Assembly (NCBI RefSeq): GCF_009914755.1
Contig: NC_060947.1
Strand: one strand, 5' to 3'
DNA length: 64,000 nt
Source: the human T2T-CHM13v2.0 reference genome, Homo sapiens
Part shown: positions 14,236-26,680 of the stretch, one piece after another
How the letters are laid out: every line of letters starts with the position of its first letter
How positions within the stretch are numbered: the first letter of the stretch is position 1
The notes under the pieces: model-generated
Seen by the model: the letters and a program-made list of their open reading frames with translations, nothing else
Database searches by the model: none
Told to the model about the DNA's origin: nothing
Translations under genes and position numbers: made by a program

Positions 14236-15904
14236 AGTCATTTTATGTGTAACAATCACACTTGCATTTCTTGTCTTATATATTTCAGCTACAAACCATG
14301 TTAATATTTATTTGTAACTGCACAACAATTATATGTGATAAGAGCATGTAGCCTGTACCCAGAAAATGAATTGAGACTTACCTGTCATTTACCTGTATAT
14401 GATGCACATATGCCATGGTAGTGCGCCTACTTGAACAATTTTATAATGAATGCATGTTAAAAGACTACATACGGAAAAAATGACTAGTGCAGAACTCTCA
14501 TCCTCCTAGGTAATAGTACATTTATTCCAAGGGATAATAGAAGTACACAAACATGAATTGACCAAGAGCATATATAAATGCCTTGATAATCTCTAGTGCA
14601 TTTAAATTATGTATATACAAACAACAATCGATTCATTCAAACATGCTTTTTATTATAGCTTTCAAGTGGATAAAATTTAATTTCTAAAAGGAGTGTTAAA
14701 AGAAATTGTTTACAAGACCTGTGATGTGTAATCTTGTTTTAAAGTCATTGATGTACTCAAATAATGTACCTTTAATAAATTCATTGGTACAGAGCAAGCA
14801 TTCAATAGATGTTTGTTGAGAGAATTGCTTTTTCACAATCATTTCAGCCTTCATCTTGTACTCACAGCTTCAGTTGTACCATTAGAAAGATTAACAATAA
14901 GGTGACACTTCATAGAATCCAGAGTGCTTTAGGTAAAAAAGAAATTATTTACTAATGTATCTGAAATTTCAGGTGTTTGTTGGCTCAGACAGGTAAGAGT
15001 GACTTTAGGGTTCAAACCTTGTAATTAACTTCCAATTCTATGGCTATGTTGTAATCAGTCTCAGGTTTTGTGTGGTGTCAAGATGCTACCAACGGTTCAG
15101 GACCTATATTCTCCTAGGTTCAAATCTAGTGAGCAAAGAGCCTACATTTTTCTTAGAAAGGTCCTAACAAAAGTCTTATGGACTTTTATGAAATTCCATG
15201 GTTATAACTGAACTAACTCTGGCCAGGAGTATGGAAAGATTTTGTTAGACAGGACTATATAATATGCAAACCCGAAAGTCAAGGAATGAGTCAAATTTAC
15301 TCAGAGTAAAATTTGGCTATATTTTCTGGAATGAGAGTGAATGAGTGCTGGAGAGCCAATACAATGAATGTTTGCTAAAATTAGCAATTCATGCTGATTT
15401 TGTAAAACAATTTCCAGGGACGAATTTATGGATGTTGGTAGCCTGCTTTAAATGGTTGAACGTGTTCATAGTTCTATATCAGACTTCTGCTGCAAGTACA
15501 ATTTTACAGTAGCTCAGAGCATAGATTGCAGATGCCTTTGTTTCTAATAATGGTACTCTATTATTTCCACTGCCTTTGAAAACATTTGTGTCTAGAGACC
15601 TTATTCAAGCTCTTATCACTGAACAGCATTGCCCTTAACAACTAGACTAAAAATGGTTCATTCTCTTAAGGATGACCTGAGTCAAGTTGTAGGAGTAGGT
15701 TGTCACCACCATTTTCTGGGTTTCCCAGAGGTGAGTACATCATTACAGGTTTAAATGACGGGAATGAGTCCTGTAGAATTATTAAAGTGGAAGTGTCTGA
15801 AGACTTGCCTAACCCATTTTTATTCAACCTCAAATTGAGATGAACAATACAATCAATAATGCATGCATTCTAGACACTGCTTTATCTACTTTTTTCCTAA
15901 TTTC

Positions 15905-16204
15905 TTTTTTTCATTTGTTTTTTTGAGACAGAGTCTCGCCCTGTCACCCAGACTGGAGTGCAATGGTGAGATCTTGGCTCACTGCAACTTCTGCCTCCGG
16001 AGTTCAAACTATTCTCCTGTCTCAGCCCCCGAGTAGCTGGGATTACAGGCGCATGCCACTACGCCTGGCCAAATTTTGTATCTTTTAGTAGAGATGGGGT
16101 TTCATCATGTTGGTCAGGCTGGTCTCAAACTCCTGACCTCGTGATCCACCTGTCTTCGTCTCCCAAAGGGCTGGGATTACAGGCGTGAGCCACTGCGCCT
16201 GGCC
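15905..16204 (-). mobile_element. AluSg-like
   Basis: Full dimer; TSD tttttcct(a/c)atttctt. Confidence 0.96.
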
Positions 16205-16460
16205 TTTTTCCTCATTTCTTAAACCATAAGTATTAAGTTTCCATAATGTATGAAATAATTAAAATAAAGGTGCCTCTGATTTACAAACACTAGTGTGTGA
16301 ATGGACCCATGGCAAGTAATTTCTTTCAGTGTGATTTGATACCAGTAAGGTCATTAGAAACTTCTCATTGAGAGCTATCAAGGTTTGAATTTTCCCCTTC
16401 TGTAACAGAACTTGTCATCAATGATACTTGTCTTATCCTCTGATAAAGTATATTCTTTAG

Positions 16461-16645
16461 GGCAATGGTTTCAAAAAATATCATGCGTAAGAATCATCCA
16501 AGTGCTTGTAAAACATATTTCTGGACCTCACTCTCAGAGGTGGTTCAGTGACTCTGGAGTGAGGCCCAGGAATCTGAAATTTTTTATAACTATTTCAAGT
16601 GATTATGAAAATATAGTCAATGATGATACTCCATAAAATACTGCT
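16461..16645. mobile_element. MER5 (hAT-Charlie)
   Basis: caatggtttc...agaatcatcc...ctggagtgaggcccaggaatctg...aatactg with ctag-like flank. Confidence 0.65.
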
Positions 16646-17029
16646 CTAGAGCTATCTGACGCTTATTTTTCGGCAACACCTTCTCTCAGGAATATGAGCT
16701 AAGCGTTAGCTTTTCACTGACTGCAGCAGTTATAGAAGAAGAGTTAACTAATGTTCTTGCTCTCCTGAGCATAAGAGAGAATTTTATGGGTATGCTCTTG
16801 GTAGTTAAATGAGCATGTTGATTAAGGGTGAAGAGGGTGAGAGGAGGACTAATGCTACAAATATAATATTGTGCTATGGCTTAACCTTGGCAGATTTTTC
16901 TTTTAAAGTTTTTGTTGTTAAATATTACACAACTTTTAGATAAGATTTTTTTTCCAATATTTTCAGTTTTGAATATACTTGTTTTCCAAGTAGCATGATG
17001 AGTACCTTGACGGTAGCATATAGCATGAT

Positions 17030-17200
17030 GGGTGCTTTCAGATTTATCTAATTTTTTATAACTCTGTGAAGTGGGAGCTATTATATGCTCATGTTACAGA
17101 TGAGGAGAGTGAGGCACAGAAAAATTAAGCAATTTCCCAGGGTTATGCAGTCTATAGTTATGGACACTAAAAAGATGTACAACATGCTTCTGGTTCCCAG
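17030..17200 (-). mobile_element. MIR
   Basis: catgttacagatgaggagagtgaggcacagaaaaattaagcaatttcccagggttatgcag. Confidence 0.75.
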
Positions 17201-17722
17201 CAGGGTGAGTAAAGGTGATGGGGATGGCACCAGGTAAGAGCTGGGATAGCAACACCGATGGCCATCTTCTGGTGAGCACAAATTACGTCATTTGATTTAG
17301 CATCACTATCTGAAGGGTAACCTGAGCTGAGTGTGAAGGAAAAGGATCTTGGTAATTACTACTCTTAGGATTTGATATACATTATGAAGTTCCATTACAG
17401 CCTGGATACAATGATGGCTCAAGTTAAATTCAGAAGATTACTTTGCCTTTAATTATCGTGAAGAAGAAAACCAAACAAAGAAGGTTCACATTAACTCATA
17501 CCACTCCTATGATTCATAGAAATAGCAAAGTCTTCCCATTGTTTTGTGTGTTTATTTCAAGGTAACAATGGTAATATTATTTGTGTAGTAAATTTTGAAA
17601 GGATCCATGGCTAGACAAAAATGACAGCACATTTTGTAATACAATTCTAAAATGTACAGGAAATGTACTTTCTATCAAATTAAGATTGAGGAATACTGAG
17701 AATTTTGCAGTTTTTAAGGATA

Positions 17723-18397
<675 letters not shown>

Positions 18398-19061
18398 GAA
18401 AATTTGTACCTAGGAGTGGGGCTTGCTGTAAATATACCTGAAAATGTGAAAGTGACTTTGGAACTGGGTAATAGGCAGAGGTTGGAAAAGCTTGGAGGGC
18501 TCTGGAGAAGAAAAAAAGATAAAGGAATGTTTGTGACTTCCTAGAGACAGACAGGTTAAATTGCTGTGACCAAAATGCTGATAGGGATATGAACAATGAA
18601 GTCCAGGCTGAGGTGACCTCAGGTGGAAATGAGAGACTTATTGGAAATGGAGCAAAGGTCACTTTTGCTATACTTCAGCAAAAAGGTTGGAAGCATCATG
18701 CCCCTGCCCTAGAAATCTGTGGAACTTTGAACTTATGAGAGATGATTTCGGGTATCTAGCAAAAGAAATTATTAAGCAGCAAAGCATTCAAGACCTGACT
18801 TGGCTGCTTCTGGCAGCCTATGCTCATATTTGTGAGAAAAACAGATGTAAAACTGGAAGTTATATTTAAAAAGAAAGCAGAGCATGAAAGTTTGAAAAAT
18901 GTACAGCCTGGCCATGTGGTAGAAAAGAAAATCCCATTTTTATAGGAAAAATTCAAGCCAGCTGCATAGATTTGCATAAGTAAAAAGGAACTAAAAGTTA
19001 ATGGAAAATACAATGAAGAAAATGTCTTGAAACTTCTGCTGCAGCCCTTCCCACCACAGGC
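18398..19061 (+). mobile_element. MST/THE1 internal region (5' part)
   Basis: gaaaatttgtacc...gtgactttggaactgggtaataggcagaggttgg...ctgtggaactttgaactt...gcagcccttcccaccacaggc. Confidence 0.9.
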
Positions 19062-20440
19062 AACAGAACAGAATAAATAACCCAGAAATAAATCCACACA
19101 GTTACACCCAACTCATTTTCAACAAAGGTGCTAAGAGCACACACTGGGGAAAGACAGTCTCTTTAATAAATGATGATGGGGAAACTGGATATCCACACAC
19201 AGAAGAATGAAACTAGGTCCCCATCCTTTACCATAGACAAAGATCAACTCATAATGGATTAAAGACTTAAGTGTAAGACCTGAAACTATGAAAGTATTAA
19301 AAGAAAACACTGGGGAAATGTAACAGAACATTACTCTGGGCAAAGATTTGTTGAGTAGTACCTCAAAAGCTCAGGCAATAAAAGCAAAAATGAACACATG
19401 AGAGAGATTACATCAAGCTAAAAAGCTTTTGCACAGCAAAGGAAGCATCCACAAAATTAAGGGACAAACAACATGGGAGAAAATATGTGAAAACTACCCA
19501 TCTGAGAAGGGACAAAAACCAGGATATGTAAGGAACTCAATAACAAAAACACAATAATCCAATTTTAAAATGGGAAAATGAATAGAATAGAGATTTCTCC
19601 AAAGAAGACATACAAATGAACAACAGATCTATTTAAAAAATGCTGAGCATTACTAATCATCAGGGAAATTCAAATCAAAACCACAATGAGATGTCATTTC
19701 ACCCCAACTAAAATGGCTATTATCAAAAAGACAAAATATAACAAATACTAGTGAGGATGCAAAAAAAGGGGAAGCATTTGTGCACTGTCAGTAGAAATGT
19801 AGAATAACATAGCCATTGTGAAAAACAATATGAAGTTTCCTCAGAAATCCAAAAATAGAATTACCATATGATCCAGCGATCTCACTAGTAGGAATATATT
19901 CAAAAAGAAAAGAAATCAGCATATTGAAGATATATCTGCAATCTCATGTTTATTGAAGCACTACTCACAATAACGAAGATACTGAATCCACCTAAGTGTT
20001 CATTAACAAATAAATAGATACAAATATGGTATATATTCACAATGAAATATTATTTAGCCATAAAAAAGAATGAAATACTTTCATTTGCCACAGCATGGAT
20101 GAAACTGGTAGGCATTATGTTAAGTACAATAAGCCAGACATAGAAAGACAAATATTGCATGTTTTCACTTATATGTGGGAGCTAAAAAAGTGGATGTCAT
20201 GGGGGTAAAGAGTAGAATAGTGGTTACTAGAGGAGGGGAAGGGAATGGGGGAGTGGTGAATAAAGAGAAATTGGTTAATGGGTGCAAAATATATTTAGAT
20301 AGAAGGAATAATTTCTAATATTAAATAGTACAGTTAGGAAGTTATAGTTAATAATAATGTATTGTATATTTCAAAATAGCTAGAGAGAATTATAATGTTC
20401 CTTATGGAAAGAAAAATGTTTGGGGTGATAGACATCCCTA
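19061..20440 (+). mobile_element. L1MA ORF2 3' part and 3' UTR, truncated at both ends
   Basis: Starts at the NRI.NPEINP-coding region, runs through the ORF2 end and L1MA UTR, and stops at gatagacatccc with no poly-A. Confidence 0.92.
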
Positions 20441-20511
20441 GTTCAAAGTTGAACTAGGATTTTATTTACTTTATTTACTTACTGTTTTAACTTGAACTGT
20501 GCTTTAATTTT

Positions 20512-21700
20512 CCTTTTTTATATTTTATTTTTTATTTCAATAGCTTTAGGGGTACCAATGGTTTTTGGTTACATGGATGAGTTGTGTATTGGTGAAGTCT
20601 AAGATTTTAGTATACCCATCACTCAAGTGGTGTACATTGCACCCAATAGGTATTCATTAATCCCTCACCTCCCTCTCCTCCTCCCTGCTTCTGAGTCTCC
20701 AATGTCCATTATACCACTCTGTATGCCTTTGTGTACCCACAGCTTAGTAGCTTAGCTATAAATGAGGATGATGGGGAACATGATGAGACCAGTTAATTCC
20801 ATGAGCATGAGCCCATTGCCTTACTCTTTAGCTGTAAAATGAGTGCCTTTACCATGACGGCACATAAGGCATTTTATGAATCCATGGATTGGTAGTCTTG
20901 GAAGATGCCTTGCATGTAAAATAGGCAAACCCATATCTGGAGTGTCTATTCCAGTGAGGAAAACCCACTCCCCTTTCCATGAAGGAAGAGGTCCAATATA
21001 ATCAACCTGCCACCATGTAGCTGGCTGATCACCCAAGGAATGGTGCCATATCGAGGGCTCAGTGTTGGTCTCTGCTGTTACCAAATTAGGCAATCAGCAG
21101 TGGTCATAGCCAGGTCAGCCTTGGTGAGTGGAACTTTATGTTGCTGAGCCCATGTGTAACCTTCATCCCTGCCACCATGGCCACTTTATGTATGGGCCCA
21201 CTGGGTGATGACAGGGGTGGATGGGGAAACAGGATGAGTGGTTTTCACAGAATGAGTCATCCTATTCACTTGAATATTAAAATCTTCCTCTTCTGAGGTC
21301 ACCCGTTGGTGAGCATTCACATAGGATACAAATATATTCACAGTTTTTGACCACTCAGAGAGGTTGATCCACATACCTCTTTCCCGAATATCTTTATCAC
21401 CAATCTTCCAATTATGCTGCTTCCAAGTCCCTGTCCATCCAGCCAAATGATTGGCTACAGCCCATGAATCAATATATAATTGCACACCTGGCCATTTCTC
21501 CTTCCATGCAAAGTGCACTGCTCAAAGTTCTGCCCACTGGGAAGATTTTCTTTTACCACTGTCCTTCAGGGATGTCCTAGAAAGGGGCTGTCCAATTTCG
21601 GGTTCTGCTTACATATCATGCAGGGCCATCTGTCAACAGATGAACATGTAAGCACATGTGTTATTTGATTTTCAATTTCACTTAGAATAATGGCCTCCAT
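20512..21700 (-). mobile_element. L1PB-type 3' end split by an ERVL fragment (20512-20766 and about 21641-21700)
   Basis: tttcaatagctttaggggtacc...ggttacatggatgag...ataaatgag, then gaacatg...tttcacttagaataatggcctcca. Confidence 0.8.
20765..21640 (-). mobile_element. ERVL/HERV-L pol fragment (RNase H and N-terminal integrase), no LTR
   Basis: ORFs 21186-21518 (VQLYIDSWAVAN...WKIGDKDI...VNAHQRVTS, RNase H) and 20821-21093 (GDQPATWWQVDYIGPLP, integrase); frameshifted. Confidence 0.92.
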
Positions 21701-21703
21701 TTC

Positions 21704-22014
21704 CTCCTCAGTGTTGGAGGAGAGGCCTGGTGGGATGTTATTGGATATTGGGTGCAGATTTCTCCCTTGCTATTCTCATGATAGTGAGTAAGGTCTCACA
21801 AGAGTTGGTTGTTTAAAAGTGGTTAGCGTCTCCCCTTCACTTTCTTCCTCCTGCTTCCCCTTCTGCAATGACTGAAAGTTTCCTGAGGTCTCCCTAGCCA
21901 TGCTTTATGTATAGCTTGTGGAACCATGAGCCAATTAAACTTGTTTTTTTTTAAAAATAAATTACCCAATCTCAGGTATTTTTTTTTATAGCAGTGAGAG
22001 AATGGACTAATACA
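21704..22014 (+). mobile_element. MSTA/THE1D-like 3' LTR (first ~50 nt missing)
   Basis: Collinear with the 17723 LTR and ends ggactaataca; flanking ggata (17718-17722) / ggaaa (22015-22019) is a probable TSD. Confidence 0.88.
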
Positions 22015-22139
22015 GGAAAAAAAGACACATTTCTGATAGTTTTATGTTTGGGGCCTTTGAACTGTTCAGAAAATGTAAGGCAGGCTTAAACACACTTCTT
22101 ATCCATAAAATGCAGCTTGTAATAACATATACCTTATAG

Positions 22140-24234
22140 CAGTTTTCCCCCAACCTTTTCAGCCCCAGGGACCAGTTTCATGGAAGAATATTTTGCCATG
22201 TACCAGGGGTAGGGCATGGTTTTTGGATGATTCAAGTACACTGCATTTATTGTGTACTTTATTTCTATTATTATTACATTGTAATACATAATGAAATAAT
22301 TATACGGTGAGTTGTAACTCACCATAATGTATAATCAATTGGAGCCCCGAGCTTGTTTTCCTAAAACTAGACAGTCCCTTGTGGGATGTGTAGATTGTGA
22401 AGATTTTCTCCCACTCCTCTTGTTGTCTGTTTACTCTGTTTCTTTTGCTGTACAGAAACTCTTTAGTTTAATTAAGTCCCACCTATTTTTCTTTGTTTTT
22501 GTTGCATTTGCTTTTGGTTTCTTGGTCATAAATTCTTTGACTAAACCAATGTCTAGAAGGGTTTTCCTGAGGTTATCTTCCATAATTTTTATAGTTGCAG
22601 GTCTTAGAATTAAGTCCTTGATTCATCTGGAGTTGATTTTTGTATAAGGTGAGAGATGAGGATCCAGTTTCATGCTCCTACATATGGTTTGCCAATTATC
22701 CCAGCACCATTTGTTGAACAGGGTGTCTTCTCCCCACGTTATGCTTTTGTTTGCTTTGTCAAAGATCAGTTGGTTGTAAGTAGTTAGGTTTATTTCTGGG
22801 TTCTCTATTCTGTTCCCTTGGTCTATGTGCCTATTTTTATACCAGTACCATGCTGTTTTGGTGACTATGACCTTACAGTACAATTTGAAGTCAAGTAAGG
22901 TGATGCTTCCAGATTTGTTCTTTTTGCTTAGTCCCTGCTTTGGCTATGTGTTTTTGTTTTCTTTTGGTTCCACATGAATGTTAGGATTGTTTTTTCTATA
23001 CATGCGACAAAGGACTAATATCCACAATCTACAAGGAACTCAAACATATTAGTAAGAAAATAACAAACAATCCCATCAAAAAGTGGCCTAAGGACATGAA
23101 TAGACAATTCTCAAAAGAAGATATACAAATGGCCAACAAACATATGAAAAAATGTTCAACATTACTAATGATCAGGGAATGCAAATCAAAACCACAATGC
23201 AATATCACCTTACTCCTGCAAGAATGGCCATAATCAAAAAACCAAAAAGTAATAGTTGTTGGTGCAGATGCAGTGAAAAGGGACCGCTTCTACATTTCTG
23301 GTGGGAATGTAAACTATTACAAGCACTATAGAAAACAGTGTGGAGATTCCTTAAAGAACTAAAAGTAGAACTACCATTTGATCCACCAATCCCACTACTG
23401 GGTATCTATCCAGAGGCAAGAAGTCATTATATGAAAAATATATTTCCACACGCATGTTTATAGAAGCACAATTTGCAATTGCAACAATATGCAACTACCC
23501 AAAATGCCCATCAATCAATGAGTGGATAGAGAAATTCTGGCATATATGTATGATAGAGTACTACTCAGCCATAAAAAAAAATTAATGGCTTTCGCAGCAA
23601 CTGGATAAAACTGGAGACTATTAGTCTAAGTAAAGTAAGTTAGGAATGGTAAATCAAATATTGTATGTTCTCATTCATTAATGGGAGCTAAGTTATGAGG
23701 ATGCAAAATCATAAGAATGACACAATAGACTTTGGGCACTCAGGGGAAAGGGTGGGAGGGAGATGAGGGATAAAAGACTAAAAATTGGGTTCACTGTATA
23801 CTGCATGGGTGATGGGTTCACCAAAATCTCACAAATCACCACTAAATAACTTACTCATGTAACCAAACACCACCTGTTCCCTAAAAACTTATGGAAATAA
23901 AAAATAAAAAAAGAAAGAAACTAGATGGGCCCATCTATGGGTGATGGGAGACAGAGACAGATGATCAGGTATTAGATTCTCATAAGGAGTTTGCAACCTA
24001 GATCGCTCTCATGCACAGTTCACAATATGGTTCAGGCTCCTATTGTGAAAATCTAATGCCACCGCTGATCTGAGAGGAGGCAGGACTCAGACAGTAATGT
24101 GAGGGATGGGGAGCAGCTGTAAATACAGATAAAGCTTTACTCACTCGCCCACTGCTCACTTCTTGACGTGCAGCCTGGATGCTAACAGGCCATAAACCGT
24201 TACTGCTCCGTGTCCTGGGGGTTGGAGATCCCTG
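22140..24234 (+). mobile_element. MER1A (hAT-Charlie), interrupted by L1PB1
   Basis: Terminal inverted repeats cagttttcccccaacc / ggttggagatccctg; exact 8-bp TSD ccttatag (22132-22139, 24235-24242). Confidence 0.93.
22379..23917 (+). mobile_element. L1PB1-like, 5'-truncated with 5' inversion
   Basis: 22379-22998 is antisense ORF2 ([15 protein letters not shown]); ~22995-23917 is sense ORF2 end, 3' UTR and A tail; TSD aaactagacagtccc / aaactagatgggccc. Confidence 0.93.
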
Positions 24235-24612
24235 CCTTATAGGATAGTTGTGAGGATTGAATATAATAATTATGTAGTCAAAGACCTAGCATGGTGCATT
24301 CTAAGTAGGAAATAATCACTAAGTGTTGGCCAGAAAATTCTAAAGCCTAAACCAAAGCCAAAGCTAATAAACAAAAAGCAAACAAACAAAAACCCCAAGC
24401 TCCCCTATTTTTTTTTCTTTTCATTGTTTTTGCCTTTCATGGAGCATGCATACCCTCATAAACTGAAGCAGGTGCTTGTTAATTTTAGAGGTCTATAGTG
24501 AAAGTGAAAGAGTGAAAGAGAATATTAGGACATCTACTCTCATTCTCTGTTTTATTCACCTCAAAGTTTTCTTTAAGGTCTTTTATGGACCTAAATATCT
24601 TTGTACATGCAA

Positions 24613-24893
24613 CTTTTATTTTGACAAAGGGTCTTGCTCTGTTGCCCAGGCTGGAGTTCTGTCGTATGATCATAGTTCACTGTAACCTTGAACTCCTGGG
24701 TTCAAGTGCTCCTCCTGCCTTAGTCTTTTTAGTAGCCAGGAATACAGGTGCATGACACCATGCCTGGCTAATTTTGGGGAGAGACGGGATCTCACTACAT
24801 TGCTCAGGCTGACTTTGAACTCTTGGCCTCAACGGATCTTCCTGCCTTGGCCTCCCCAAATGCTGGCCTCCCCAAATGCCACCACACCTTGAC
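24613..24893 (-). mobile_element. AluJ
   Basis: gatcatagttcactgtaaccttgaactcctggg (J diagnostics); internal 16-bp tandem tggcctccccaaatgc; TSD tgtacatg(c/t)aa. Confidence 0.92.
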
Positions 24894-24987
24894 TGTACAT
24901 GTAATTTTAAAGATAGCCAAACAGGTGTATGTGTAAAATGATTCCTTAAGGGAAACAATTCATGAAGGGATGTATGTAACAAAGAAT

Positions 24988-25175
24988 AAAAAAATTGAGG
25001 TAACAGAAGATCAAAAAGCAAAGCATAAGGAATTTAGTCAGAAGCTCCTCAAGTGAAATAAGCCAGGCACAGAAAGACAAGTACAGAATGTTCTCACTCA
25101 TATGTGGAAGCTAAAAAAGCTGTTCTCATTGAAATAGAGAGTACAATAGTATTTACCAGAGGCTGGGAAAGGTAA
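24988..25175 (+). repeat. 188-bp exact copy of 29125-29312
   Basis: Identical by eye from aaaaaaattgaggtaacagaagatc to ctgggaaaggtaa. Confidence 0.95.
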
Positions 25176-25337
25176 CATTACTATAAAGAACTACAACAAA
25201 TAACTCAATAAATAACAGAAAATTATTTCCCTACCTTTGCAGAAGATAATTGAGTTTAAAATGTTCTCCGTAAATGTTTTAATCTAATCTTATGACCAAT
25301 TTGCACCCCCCCAAAAAAAGCTTAAATATTTTCATAC

Positions 25338-25889
25338 TGTTAGCAAAGCAGGAGCTTAGCTGAGCCAGAATGACACCATTTTAAAATCTCCATCTTCAAA
25401 TTAGCAAGACACGTTCTTTGCCAGTTATGACCCATGGTCATAAGATATTTAGAGTTGAAGAAATAGTCTAAGGATACCTACAAGGACACACTGACAACAG
25501 CAAATAGTTAAGATGTCTTAATACCCATAAAAATATATGCTTTCAAAAATAATTATAGTTATGGTTTGATGTACTTACACACTAAAATGTCAAGGATAAT
25601 TTTCTTTAAATTAATAAAGTAATACGTTTAGCCATGCTCTCAGCCCACTTGCACATAGACACAGATTAGTTTAGTCTTTACATAGACAAGATCCCTATAT
25701 AAGAAAAACTTAACACAAAGATCCTGCATTCCTCCACTTGCTTTCTGAGGATGCCCTACTCTGTAATGGAGTAGCTTTTAATAAACTATCTCTTCTCACT
25801 GAACTCTGTGATTCGCCTTGAATTCCTTCTCCTGTGAGATCCAAAAACCCTTTCCTGGGGTCTGGATCAAGACCCCTTTTCTGGTAACA
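25338..25889 (+). mobile_element. MER41-family ERV1 solo LTR
   Basis: TG...CA ends, aataaa, and 3' end ttgaattccttctcctgtgagatccaaaaaccc...ggggtctggatcaagacccctttt ctggtaaca. Confidence 0.8.
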
Positions 25890-26680
25890 GTAGTACAATC
25901 CTGATGTGTCATAATTTAATGAGAAATTATTCTAATTAATGTATTCGGCTACTTTTTTCTCCACAGAAAATATTGGTTTAATTAGATTCCACAAATTAAA
26001 ATTAACTTAATTACAGTAACTTATAATAACCACCAGATTCTCTGAAAGAGCAACTATTTCCCATCAGAGCTCTACTGAGTATTAAATATTAATGAAGATA
26101 ATGTTAGCTCAAGAGCCCTTGATTTTGACACTTGATTTTTCCAAATGCTTACAGTAACCACTCAGAAAAGGTTATGATGTTGATACTTTCCTTTTAGTTT
26201 AGTACGCCCTCATTTTGATCTTTTTCTTTTTTAATCTGGAAAATGTTATAGAGTATCTACCACTACAGTTTACTTTCTCTTTAAGAAATGTGGCAGATGT
26301 CTCAGCTGAAAATAAAAGAAAAAAATTAGGCTTTTAATTTAATTACCGCATTGGAACATGTTTATAAAAGCACATTCTTCTAATTTTATGGGATAAGAGA
26401 ACAATAACTTTCTTAGCTTTTAGGAGAAATAGAAAAAACATGTATACTACGTGGATGAGATTTGACGTACTTGAACCTGTAAGCCCAGGCACCAGTAAAT
26501 TTTTTGGTAGTTTCATAATGTATTAGAGTTGGCAGTGCTGTCCCAGCCTATATTACTTATTGGTAGTAATTAATGAAGATACAAAGAAATAATTATTTTT
26601 TTCTTATTTAACAAACATGGCAATAAATGACTTATAATACAACTGATGATGAAGTGCATCTATATTTCATTATAATTTTT

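Larger units (their letters stand above)
22085..24330 (+). mobile_element. MIR split by MER1A (22085-22139 and 24235-24330)
   Basis: cttcttatccataaaatg...accttatag | gatagttgtgaggattgaat...cctagcatggtgc. Confidence 0.65.

Noticed and set aside
14960-15000. tttcag|gtgtttgttggctcagacag|gtaaga as a 20-nt micro-exon
   Set aside because: The polypyrimidine tract is weak and there is no supporting gene structure; it cannot be told from chance.
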